From: Camelus ferus
Lineage: Eukaryota
Direction: 5' to 3'
DNA length: 64,000 nucleotides
Assembly: GCF_009834535.1 (NCBI RefSeq)
Contig: NC_045696.1
Coordinates: 43,402,001 to 43,466,000 of the forward strand
Shown here: one piece after another, positions 13,500-25,822 of the stretch
How positions within the stretch are numbered: the stretch's first letter is position 1
Layout of the letters: every line of letters begins with the position of its first letter
Notes under the pieces: model-generated
Databases searched by the model: none
Told to the model about the DNA's origin: nothing
What the model saw: the letters and a program-made list of their open reading frames with translations, nothing else
Made by a program: the position numbers and the translations under genes

Positions 13500-16400
13500 T
13501 GATTCTGTATTCTTAATAGAATATATTTTAACACTGAAAGTGGTCATTAACTTTAAGCCTATTTATTTAACACAAATACATAAATAATGAGGGTGGGATG
13601 GGCAGAGAAACCATTGGTGTTTCAAAGGTCATTTCAAAAGAATGTTACATATCTTCTCCTATACTGAATCCATTTTTATAACAAGTAAAATTCTGATTGT
13701 AAATTTTCTCCTTTTAAATTATTCTATTTGTGGATTGCTCAACAACTATTTTTTATGCCTCCAAGAAACAAAAAGCATCTTTTGTATTAAACCTGCTTTT
13801 ACTTTAGCGTCTTCAAAAATACTTATTGTAATTTTAAAGATAGAATCATTTCTGATGAATTGCATTATGATACTGTATCCAGCGTGTAGAAGGTATTTTA
13901 TCTTCTTAGGCAATATTCATTTCCCAGGAAAAAGTGCTATAATTTAAATTGTTTCTTAAAATTGTTTTTCTAATATTTAGAAGGGAAAATATCACCTATA
14001 CTTCTCATTTTTGAGGTCCTGGCTGAAACTTCCCATTTTGGTTGCAAGAATTGAAATTAGCAACTCAACTTTTTAATTTGGTGTCAGAAGTATTCATCTT
14101 CCAAAATGTACAGCCTTCTCTTTTTTAGATATTCATATCAAAAGCTTCCCATGAGAGTATTTAGTTTTTCCAAACTAAATCAAGTAAACTGAATGCCAGA
14201 GTGTTTCTGTGTGCTTTATACTAAATTTGCTTAGATAGATTTTGATTGTACTTCCAAAATCAAAGCCATAAATAGCTCCTAATGGAAAAATGCAGGTGAT
14301 TAAGCCTTGTCAAATATTTAGCCAATAGGATGTTGATGAACTGCATGCTTTTAAAAAGTTGTTCTAAACTGAAGATTAAAATTTGATTTTGCTGTGATAA
14401 GTAGAAATTCTGCAAAATTCAATATTGAGACTACATCATCAATTTGAGCAATATTTAGTAGAAGTGATTTTGCATATCATTTTGAAAATAGATTAGAGCA
14501 GAAATATGAAGTCTGTCTTTGCATTTGCTGCTATTCAGCATTTCTTGAGCACCCACTATGGGCTGAGATGTATCAAAATGTATAATAAAATGGGCATCCA
14601 CAGTTTTAACTACATACAAATGTAGAATTCAGTGAGACATACAGAATTTAAAGAAATAGTCTTTATGGTAGTTTTTAAATGCAGTATCATGCATTTTCTC
14701 CACTTCTAATTATTTTTTTTCATTTTGTACCTTCTATTAAATTCTTGAATATATAGGTCTGGAACTCAGGGAAAGGTAATATATGGAACTGAAGATGAGG
14801 CTAAAGATTAAAAAATATATCTTTAGGTATAGGCCAAGACAGAATTAAGAACAGATACATATATATAGAGAGAGAGATTTTGATGCATCAAATATTAATC
14901 ATAGTTAAAAGCACTGGGGTAAATATAATTAATATAAAACAGTAAGAACTGTAAGAGAAGAAAGCCAAAAAGAGAAATGTCCCTGCTAAAGACCAACACA
15001 GAGAGAAACAGAACAACACAAAGCAAACTAAGATGGAGAGCAGCCACAGAAGGGGGACAGAAATCAAGAAGACACAGTGTCAATGAAGGAAGAGTAAGAT
15101 CCATCAAAGTGGGTGGAAGAGTCAACAGTGGTTTCCACTTGTCAAGTTACATACAAAGAATTCACTTCAACGGTAGAAAGTTGGTTGGAAAGCTGATACG
15201 GTTTCATCGAAATCTTTGCCTATAGCATATTATGAACAAGAGGTGTGAGAAAGTGAATAATGGTATGAGAGAATGTTAAAGCTGGCGAAGTAGAATCTTC
15301 AGCTAAGAGTTGTGAGATAAGGTAGTAGCTAAAATCCAGTGTGAGGTAAATGAAAGTTTCGTTTTTGTTTCAAGATGGAAGAAAATAAGCTTGTTTCAAA
15401 CCTGAGGGAAAAATTCAGCAGAAAAATTCTCTCTTGAAGAGAGCTGTATAACTGAAAGATCAAACACTTCGAAGCGTGAGGAGTGGAGACACTGATGGAG
15501 AAGCAAGAGGAATGTTGCAAGAAAAGGCATGGAGAAAGGAAATTCCGGCATAAGTATAAACAGTGCTCCTTGGATGTCCACTATTTTGTTATTTATTAAG
15601 TGGAGAGCAAGAGGAGGGTTGGACGGATAGGAGCTATTGTCAGGGATGAAACTCATCTGAAGAGGAAAGAAAGATTATTTGACAATGGAAAAGGCTAAGC
15701 TGGGAATGGAGACCATGAAATTTTACTGGTGAAAATTTACATAGCTATGTGATTGTTCTTGTCAGCTGATATCATGACAGTCATTCCATTAACCTTTACC
15801 AATAATTTTCTGAAAACAGATCTGTGGAGAATAAAACAACTTTGATTCCTGTTTTCCAGCTGTTTTCGTATACTCATGTCCACTGTGTCCTAGGTCTTAA
15901 GTCCTCTAGGCTCCTTACGCCCTGTCACCATAGACTACCTAAACACTCCTGTACGAAAGGCACCTCCTGGATTTTTCAGAAGCTTGTTAACTAATTATCT
16001 ATTGATTCTATCATCACCAATGATGACTTCGACTGAAATTATTCTATCTTTCACTATAATCTACATCAGTTATAAATATAATGTAGTTCAGTTTTGGTGC
16101 ACATGGAAGAATTTACTATCAATATGTGTCAGTTGGGAACTGAAATACATAACAGTATAGAAGAAGGAGACTTTCATAAGTCAGTCTTATAGTAGGGAGA
16201 CATAACATTACAACAAGGAGTAAGCGTTCGGGCAATACACAACAATCTTTATAACAATAACAGAAGTAAGTGTGTGTGTGTGTGTATAAGTGAGACAGAA
16301 AAGGAGAGAGATTACCTATCAGCTGTAATACATAGTGAATAATTTAACACAATTTTATTGAGTTAAACTTTTTGATACAGTGAGAAATCTTTTCATGTTT

Positions 16401-17069
16401 TTTGAGCAGGAATTAAATGAGCTTGGATTCAGGCATTGATTGCATTTTATTTTTAGAAGCCAGGCATAAAACATATCAAGCCAAAACAGTATTCATTTAT
16501 GCTTAGAATTTTCAGGTAACTCAGTTATTTATTCCATTTCAAAGATGACAAACCAATATACTTGTCCACCTCTGAGTTTTATCCCTGGGAAAAATGGTCT
16601 ATGTATAATACATTTCATGGTACTAATAAATAATACCTAACAACTCAGACTTAACATCTTGGAATTATCTTTGACTCTTTCTACTTCCTGGAATCTCATT
16701 TCTAACCTGTCTCTAAACATACTGCAACTTCTTTAACAATTTCACACACTATTGCCAATCTGATTTGAATTTGAATAACCGCATACTTGAATTATTGTAA
16801 AAGCTTCCAAACTGATTTCCTGAGAAGCAGCTCATCTAACTACCCAGCATTTTCTTTCTTACACATAACCATCAGATTAATTGGCTGAAACGCTTGTTCA
16901 AACACAACACTCTCCTGTTTAGAAGACTTCCTTGACTACCCATCAGAATATCAGAATTTGAAATCTTGATGGTATCTTAAAAATTAGACTCTTGTGTGTG
17001 TAGATGAGAAATGGAGGCCTACAGAGAGGACTTTATATTGCTATTATGTACAGAGAGCTCTGATTGGTA

Positions 17070-18030
17070 GTATGTATAAGCATTGAGCAAAAGAGATAAA
17101 ATCCTTGGCCTCACAGAACTTACACAAAGTTTTATAAACAATAAATACATTAAAAGATATGATTAGATAATGTGATGACAAGTTTTGATTATTGCTATGA
17201 AGAAAATTAAATTTGGGCAATGCGAGAGGCCGTGTGTGTGTGTGTGTGTGTATGTGTGTGCGTGTGTGTTTGTGTGTGTGTGTGTGTGTGGTGGATGCTA
17301 TTTTAGAAACTGGTCAGTGACAGCCTTTCAAAAGAAGTGACTTTTTAGGGAACATGAATGAGGTAAGGGAGTAGACCTTGTTGATAACTATGGATATTTG
17401 GGGAAAGAGCATTTCTGCCAAAGAAAATAAAGTACAAGGCCCTGAATTAGGAACATGATTTGCCTGTTTGAAGAACAGCAAAATAGCCAATGTGACTAGA
17501 GTGGATGAAGTTTGGGGGCAAAAGGATGGGAGGGAAAGAAATTATGTCAGAAAAGTACTCAAGGGGAGATTATACAGTTAAATTATGGCAAGGATTTACT
17601 TTTATTTTACCTCTGGTGGAATGCCAGTGGATGCATTTAAGTAGGTGGGTGACATAAACAGATTTACCTTTTTAATAGTATAATAGATTATGACAGGCAA
17701 GAATGGAAGTCTAGCTCAGAGGTAATTGTGATAGCAATGGAGGTGCTGTGAAGTGGTTAGATTTGGGTATTACTTTAAAGGGAGATAAGATTTGCTATTA
17801 GATTACATGTAGAGAATGACAGGAAAAGAATAGTCAAGAGGGAATCCAAGGTGTAGAGCTAAAAAATTGAGTAAATGGAAGTGGGAAAACCATAGGAGGA
17901 CAAGGCCTGTGAATATAATTTAAGATTTTAATTTTGGCCAAGTTTGACCCATCAGACATCTAAGCGGAGGTATTTAGTAGGTAGGTGGGTGATCTGAAAG
18001 GGATTACATTTTGGAGCCCTCAACATCTAA
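17070..18030 (-). mobile_element. L2 (L2a-like) fragment containing a (TG)n tract; resumes at about 18486-18750
   Basis: CTTGGCCTCACAGAACTTACA, GGGAAAGAGCATTTCTG, TGTTTGAAGAACAGCAA, AGACATCTAAGCGGAG, TTGGAGCCCTCAACAT. Confidence 0.75.
17232..17290. repeat. Imperfect (TG)n microsatellite
   Basis: Directly visible. Confidence 0.95.
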
Positions 18031-18032
18031 AA

Positions 18033-18485
18033 TGTCACAGAAAAACTACTAGTTGTCTATATGATATTCATCTCTAATTCTACTTTACTCTTAGAATCCA
18101 CTAATTACCAAGAATAATAATATGCATTTCTATCCTCTTTTGCAGATCATGGTGTTCAATAAAGATGTTCCAATAAATTCTTGGGTAAGGAAGATCCTTT
18201 AAGGGGGCTAGTTAGCCAGCAAGCTTATTTTTGTGGCTTTTGTCATTTACTTGTCTTCTCCCCAGCTGAACATGAGGAGATCTAGCAGACTGATTGTGAG
18301 GATGGAAGAAACACTGCTATTAGGGCTGGAGTCAGAGGGGGATGAAACTTCCATAGCTGCTATAAATTGGCTAGTTTGGGACTGTTTTTTTCTTTTTCTT
18401 TTTAAAATATAAGATAAAACTATTCACCTTGCCTAAGCCAAGACACTTTTTGTGGTGACTTTTTGTTTGTAAGAAGCCTAAACCA
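18033..18485 (+). mobile_element. MLT1J/MLT1I-like LTR inserted into L2
   Basis: Start TGTCACAG..CTACTAGTTGTCTATATGATATTCA and end AAGATAAAAC..CCTAAGCCA..GAAGCCTAAACC resemble MLT1J; L2 sequence continues on both sides. Confidence 0.55.
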
Positions 18486-21400
18486 GGCACAGTACATTTA
18501 AAGTCACAAGATTGCATGAGATCAACCAGGAAGTGAATGTGAATAAGAGTGAAGAAAGCTGAGGACAAGCCTTGGTACACAGCAGTATTTGAGGACTGAG
18601 AGGTGAGAAGATTCCAGCACTGAACACTGAGACGGAGCAGAGGAGAGCTCAAGGAAGAGAAGCCTGAGGACTGACTGCTGGATTTAGAATTAGTGACACT
18701 GAGAATTGAGGATGGAGGGAGTGGTAGAGAAGCAGAGTTGTTTGAAGATCAAATACATTAGTACATATATGAAAATACATAATTATCTGCTTTAAGATCA
18801 TTTTAAAAACTGGCAGATCTCGTAAGTAATAAGTAGCCCAAACTGAAACTACATCTGGGGGACTTATTGATCCCTATACCATCCTCTGTGGTATTTTTAT
18901 TCCATTATATTGATGTCTTGTTTACAATTTCTGATATTTGTCTTATTTGGTTTTGTTTCTTTGTGATAGCCTCAAAAATTTTCTAAGTGTCAAAGAAGGG
19001 ATATAATGGTTAAAAAAGAAGAAGAAAAAGAAAAACAGGAAAGGCAAAGTTAAGATCCTAGTATATACACCATTATCATTCTTCTTAAAATTCAAATGTA
19101 GAGAGTAGACATTTTCCATGGCATTAAATGTTTTACTAAATCATGCTTTTAATGGATACGTAGATTTTTATCATCATATGGATGTATCATACATTATCAT
19201 TAGCATAAAACTAGAATATTTGTAAGAGAAGTGAAGTGAAAGGGTGACGATGAAAGAGGTGTGACCTGCTGGCCACTCCAAGATCAGTGTGTTGTATAAT
19301 TCTGTCTAGAATTCCACATGTCTTGCAACACAGCTTGTTAAATTTAGAAGAGCTCTGTAACTATAGAGTTTTGCTAAATGATTTTCTAATTTTGAATAAT
19401 TTTCTCTAGGATTATATGCATATTGTCCCCAGTTTAATTGAATTTAGTACAATGCAAATGCTCTTAGAAAAGCCAAATTAACTTAGCCTCATGTTCTGCC
19501 AAGAAATCTCAATACAGTAGCTTTAGAATCCGGTTCCTCAAAATACTTATCGAAGAAGGCAGAAAATTCATCATTTAGAAAACAAAAATCCACAAGGAAC
19601 TTCATGCAGGTGCGAAGATGATATTATGTAGTTTACATGTGAGACGTCTTTCCTGTTCACATAGGTCATCTCTGAAAACTGACCCCCGTTGCTTTATCTT
19701 CCCCAAATCCCCTGTTCTACAAGTTTGGACACAAGCCCCACCTCTTTCCTTATGCTTTCTCATTAACTACAGGTAGCATTTATCATTCTATTTTCTGACC
19801 TAGCACGTGGCATCACATATTTTGGTATTATATTTTACACTTCTATACTTCATCTTTAACCTGTTACACCTGTGTAAGTCATGTCACCACACTGACGCTC
19901 TCTTGCTAAAGTATGGCAAGGCCTCATCGTTATTGATGGATATAAAAATGGTGTTCATATTCGTGTTTTTATTTTTTTCCTGTTTATTTTTCAAGTTTTG
20001 ATAGAAAAATCTCCATATGATAACCCACACATTAATAATTTTTTATTAAGAATCTCTAAATTATTATTTTTGAGTTAAAAAAAGAATCAACCATTCTCAA
20101 GGATTTCATTTTTTTCAAACCTTCAATCACTATGAGAGAGAGACAGAGAAAGGGACAGAGATAGAGAGGATACATAGCAGGGATTGACATCATATTATCC
20201 TAAATTTTTCTCAGTGTAAAGTCTGAAAATCATCATTACATGATTTTTTTTTTTGCATACTACTCCTAGTGTGCCTAAATATGCCAGCATATTATTGGGA
20301 ATGCTAAATATTAAATCACTTTGTCATTGTTCTTAGTAGTTTGGTAGCTGATAATATTGTTTCAACATACAGAAATATCTGTTCTCAATTTATTATCAAT
20401 TTTATTAGTAGAACAGTGTACATTATTGGTTCTTTTTGATAGTTCACATTCTTTTTTTCTAGGTTTTAGCTCCTCTCTATTAAGAGTAACCTAATGGGAT
20501 CACAGCTTAATTTTGGACAATATTTTCTTTTCTTTTTAATAAAAGAACCTCATTTCCTACAGTTTGTTTCACTTAAGGTAACAGAAGCTAGTTAACACGG
20601 GGGGATTCATAAAGTAATATATAATATATTTATATGATAAGATTTTGAAATTTCTATGTATCCATTAAAGCAAATTTTGTAAACCATTTAATGTTATGAT
20701 TTTCCCTTTTATGACATAAAAAGGGGATACAATATGGTGTTTTAATAAGATTATAAATTTATAGATAAATGTAGATTTAAAACATTTATTAGGACATAAT
20801 GCTTGGTTTTGGATGTTTTTCGAAATTTCTAAAGTTTGCACAGTGTATAAGCACTATTTTTGTATTTCAAAAAATCTTACTAAAAGATATATAAGATGAA
20901 ACAAAAAAAAATAATTCAAAAGACTAAACAGTTCTGGATCATTTAATTTTAGAAATAATAGTCCTTACTATCTCTGAATCTGATCATCTGGGTTTGATTT
21001 TTAAGTACAGAGCAGAATATTGATTTCCCAGAGATTAAGTTTGAAATGTATGTGCAGATGGTATAAGCCCCAGAGACATTTGTTTCCTCAGGCACCCTTG
21101 TGTCTGCTGCCAAGACAGTGCCAACCCACTATTTTTAAGTAAAGTCCATACATCACTTTCACATGGTGATGTCACATGCACACTTGATCTCACTAAGACC
21201 ACCTCTGACTAATTACATTAAGCTTCAGTGAACCATGGAAATGTTATACACATGAGATGGCACACTCAGAGATATATGTTGACTTAACATCAGCAACTGA
21301 CAAACAAGGCTCTGGTCTCAGGACACCATATGGAGTAATGAGATGTTACTTGGGATTTGGTGAAGCAAAGGCTGCATTAGGCATTCCATGAAGCATGACT

Positions 21401-22318
21401 GATTCATCCATGTAGAGACAAATCTTATTTTGAGCCTATATTTTACTTTCTGCTGAGTGTCTGAAAATCAGAGAGTGTGAAAAAATGCTCCTGAGAGTTG
21501 AAATTCAATGTAGAAAATGGTACATAAATAAAACTCCATGCAATCCATGGGCAATTTTGATGATACAGAGCACTCTTGCTAATGGTTCCAAGATTTAAGA
21601 CCCAAGCTGTGAAAAAGCATTTTCTAGAATGGGCCCTTGGCTTTGATATTCCCTTTCCATCCCAGCGGACACAGTTCTAATTTACTGATCATCAGGAATT
21701 CATGATATGCAGTTCTACTTTAAGTATCAGTCTCTAATTGGCAGGAGGGACTTTACGATACAGAGTCCTGTATGCCTGAATTTTCTATTTCTAGACAGGA
21801 AACTAGATAAGTATATGCACTTATTTAGAGCTTTATGAAACTACTTAAAAATATTTTGGAAAATCTGTTTTCAAGGTGAGTTTATTTCATCATTGTAATG
21901 GATACAATAGCATGATAGGTAGTTTTTTCATAAAGTTACATTCATTTTATTTTTAATTTAGTAAGACTCTTCTCTACTGAATGAGGTTCTAAAATATTAT
22001 CTCTTTTTATATAGAACTTTTCCAGAAATAAGCTACTGTTATTCAAAAATATCTCATGTTTAGCCTGCCGAGTATCTTGTAATAATGAACATTTTCCTTC
22101 AAAAAGTTTGTATCTTTGGAATATTCAAGATATTAAGAAAAGTGACAAATAGACTAGATAGTGTCATCATATGAAAAGGATTCATTTTGATTAGAACACT
22201 TGGTCCATGTTGCAAAATGTTGATATCATAATAATTCCCCTGCTTTACTGAGCACCTAAGTAGTCCATACACTGAACAGGCACTTTATATAGGTATTATT
22301 TCTATCAATAGAGTTCTA

Positions 22319-22320
<2 letters not shown>

Positions 22321-22368
<48 letters not shown>
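22321..22368. repeat. (GT)24 perfect microsatellite
   Basis: Directly visible. Confidence 0.98.
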
Positions 22369-22371
<3 letters not shown>

Positions 22372-22374
22372 TGT

Positions 22375-22636
22375 TCAACTTGAATGAGATCTAAAGTAGT
22401 TTCACACAAACACATGCAAACACTGAATTTCCAGATTTTTTTGGATAACCCTCAGCCCATCTTTCCCCATGGCAACAACCTGCTGCAGATAAGCAGCTGA
22501 CCTGTTTAGGGGGAACATGTCCTGTCCAGTTCACCATAGTCTCCACTACTCGCTGGGTGCCAGAGCCAGTCAGCCTCTACTATGAAATTTAGATTACTTT
22601 CCTGGTCCTATAGGTAACTGAATTTGTGATTTCCTG
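22375..22636 (-). mobile_element. MER102-like hAT-Charlie fossil
   Basis: CCCATGGCAACAA, TCCAGTTCACCATAGTCTCCACTACTC and CTGGTCCTATAGGTAACTGAATTTGTGATTTCCTG match the reverse complement of recalled MER102. Confidence 0.75.
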
Positions 22637-24789
22637 TTGTGCATTGCATAGCACCAGGTATTTCCTAAATGGACATAACCCAGCAGAGATTTTTAAAAAG
22701 CTCACAATTATGCTGCTTCAATATTATGTTGTGATATTTCTTTTTTGTATTTAAGGGGTACAATTTCATGTTATGCTTAACATTATCAAAAAACATTAAG
22801 GAATTCGTATTAAATCTGATCTATTTCATACACTGTGCCCAGATTTCCACAAGAGGTAGGAGAAAACACAATGCCAGTAAAAAGTCACTTTACAGTATTA
22901 AATTAATTATGACTCAGCTTTTACACGTGGTTGTGATGAAATAGCAGATGAAATTTGCTGTAGGGGAAGCATTTCTCCAAGAGTAAGGCACTCAGAACGG
23001 CAATGGGATACCAGGAGAAGGAGGAATATATGGTCACCAAATGACAGCAGTTGCTCTAATCTTCTCTAAACCACAGTCTACCAGGGTTTGTTTGTTTGTT
23101 GCAATATATTTTGATAATGATGGACCACTGCATATTTAAACTCCTGGTTAATAACATTTTTCAGGTTTGAAGAATCTCTTTTGTTATTTGAATAAAGATA
23201 ACTTGTTTTCTGGAACAGAAATTTAACATTGGATAACCTTGTTTCAGCTTTCACTTGAAGGGATGACTAAAATATTGTTTTAGTTTTCAAATGAACTTTA
23301 CTGTCTAAATATTCCAGATACAGAAGATTATTCAAATGTTAACTTAGATATACATAAAGTTTGAGTGACACGTTTTAATAACTGAAATGTTCCAAAATCT
23401 CAAATCTTGAAAAAAGATTAGAAGGGATTAGTAAGGATTTTTATTTCTTTGCTTTGTCATCACCCAGATAATGCACTAAGATATTGTGCGTGTAAAAACC
23501 CACACAAGCTTAAAATGAAAGGAAGAATGTTTTATGAGGCTCTGTAAAGTAGTTATATAAGAAAGTATAAGTTATTTAGGTTTGTTAAACAGCATACATT
23601 GCAGATTGCAGGTTCAGGTTTTATATGAAGACATTCTCTTTGCCGGTGTAGGTTTATCCTCATTAAAACTAGTGGGTGCTTAATCGACTGGAACTGATAA
23701 AGGTAGTGATAGTAATATGATGTAGGAATTAATCTTTAAAAAACCCCACACAATTCTCATGTTTACTGCTCAGGCATTAAAAAAGCTTAAGTTGGTATTG
23801 TTCTAAGAAAAGTCACACATTTAAGTATTGTACACTTTTTTCTTTCCTTCACCCTCATACTGTGGTTGAAAACGCTGTATTTGTTCATGCACTAGCCAAA
23901 CTATATCAGCTTCTGAGCTTCATTTTGCCTCATAAAATAAATGGGAATAAACGCATATTCCTGGTCTAAAGCACAGGGTGGGATTCATAGAGCTGGCAAA
24001 TTCCCTTAAATAATTAGGTTTATAAATTGTATTTTCAATAGTCAATAAATACAGCCAGTTCCAAAAATATGTTTTTATTCTGGAGCTAATGATGGCTTCA
24101 TACACATTTAAGATCACAGATTGAGCTGCTCTAAAATTACAATTTTTTTTTCCTTGAAAACCACCTTTGCCTTTTTCTACTAGTACCCAGAAAGCACAAT
24201 TCTGTAGATCCCAGATCTTCCTTGCAATGTTTACTCATTGTTTTTTTTAGCAGTTAGAATCCTGGAGTCAATGCAACGTGCAAACCACCCCCTCACCAAA
24301 ACAAAACAAACAAAAAAAATTATGTGCAGAAAAAAATGCAGTACTCATAACAGAGAACTAAAAGTAATAGATAAATCAAACTATTAAATTCTAAAGTTCT
24401 AATAACTTAGGACCAAAGAATGTAATAAACTATTATACCCAAGCCTCCCATACTCTAGCATATACATCTTATACTAACTTACCACATACTTTTAAAATAC
24501 TTTAAATTGCCTCCCAAACAGTATAATGTTTGATTTCCCCTACATAAAGTGCATAGCATGAAGAATGGTCAAAATAATTTGATTAAGGCAGATATTATCA
24601 TAATAGAAAGGTTAAAATGTCAGTCCACTTAACAAGGAGAAAAATAATTTTCAGAGCCACACTCATTCTAATAAAACAGAGCAAGAAGTGAATATTTTAT
24701 GTGAACAATCCTTTTCCAATCTAGTATTCATACAGATTATCAATGTGATCTGTACACAATTCACAATGTTATAATAAAAATATTATTTA

Positions 24790-25000
24790 AAATGCACAAT
24801 ATGTGCCAGACATTACTGGATAACTTACACATCAACCTATTCTGTCTTCACCATGAATATGTTTTATTATGATAATTTTGGAGATGAGGAGACTGCAGGT
24901 TAAACCAGTTTCAGTAAATTCACCAGCTCTACAGCTATAAAAGAGTACAGATAGAATTCAAAACCCAGTTGTATCTGACTCCACAGTTCACGCCCTCTAC
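24790..25000 (-). mobile_element. MIR SINE
   Basis: TATGTGCCAGACA, TTTTGGAGATGAGGAGACTG core, TTCAAAACCCAGTTGTATCTGACTCCA. Confidence 0.75.
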
Positions 25001-25719
25001 ATCAATCTTAACAAGTAAGAATCATCCACTGAGGAAGAACATGATCTCCAACATATAAATTTCAACATAATAAAAAAGGTAGAAAAATGAGATATTGTAG
25101 TGCAATATATAAATATGTATTTTTACACTTAACACAAAAAAGCAACAGTAGAATGATGATTTAAATTTTGTAATGCTTTCCAAAAAATTTTTTTACAGTT
25201 GCATTTTAACCTTATAATTAAGCTGAGGAGAGAATTAATTAATTTGTTCAATTTTGGAAAACATCTTAATGTGATGGACTCATCTGTCCTAAAGTGAATT
25301 TGTCATTGATTCAACTACTTATGTTTTAGAAATAAACACTTTTATGTTTTAGAAAACAAATAAAAATTACTTAAATCATAATACCACCAAGCATTTTTAC
25401 ATGATGATTGCTTTGTTAATTGTACTAAGCAATGTTTGTTTCTATTTTTGTTTAGTCCTCCCAGTAAATGTCAAGGGCAAACTTAGCTACTTTTACATAG
25501 AAAAGATTTTGAAAGTAAAATTTTAAAAGACTGAAAATCCAACTTTTCTAGAAACCAAAAATTTTTTTGAGCCTGAATAAGAAAATAATATGCCCAATAC
25601 TCAGTTTAGTTTCATTCTCTGATTATGTGGATTAGCAGCTACTGAATGGATAAGGATGTAGTCCTCGTGAGCTTGGTCTACGTGACCTAGATATGAGACT
25701 ACTGCCTATTATCCTGATG

Positions 25720-25822
25720 CACTGAGGGCAGAATTAGTGCTATTTTAGTGTTTGTAGACCTAATGTCTTGCACCTAGTAGGTACTCAGTAAATATTGATG
25801 GAATGAGTGAACAATAAATGAA
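25720..25822 (+). mobile_element. L2 3' terminus
   Basis: GCACCTAGTAGGTACTCAGTAAATATTGATGGAATGAGTGAA. Confidence 0.7.

Noticed and set aside
14900..15750. Purine-rich stretch with ORFs at 14977-15225 and 15396-15656
   Set aside because: Looks like very decayed antisense L2-type sequence, with no recognisable protein; family too uncertain to list as a feature
21150..21178. 7-bp inverted repeat ACATCAC/GTGATGT with two TCACATG E-boxes
   Set aside because: Too short to distinguish from chance without conservation data
24483..24539. Minus-strand exon candidate ending GTG|gtaagt
   Set aside because: Poor polypyrimidine tract; indistinguishable from background pseudo-exons
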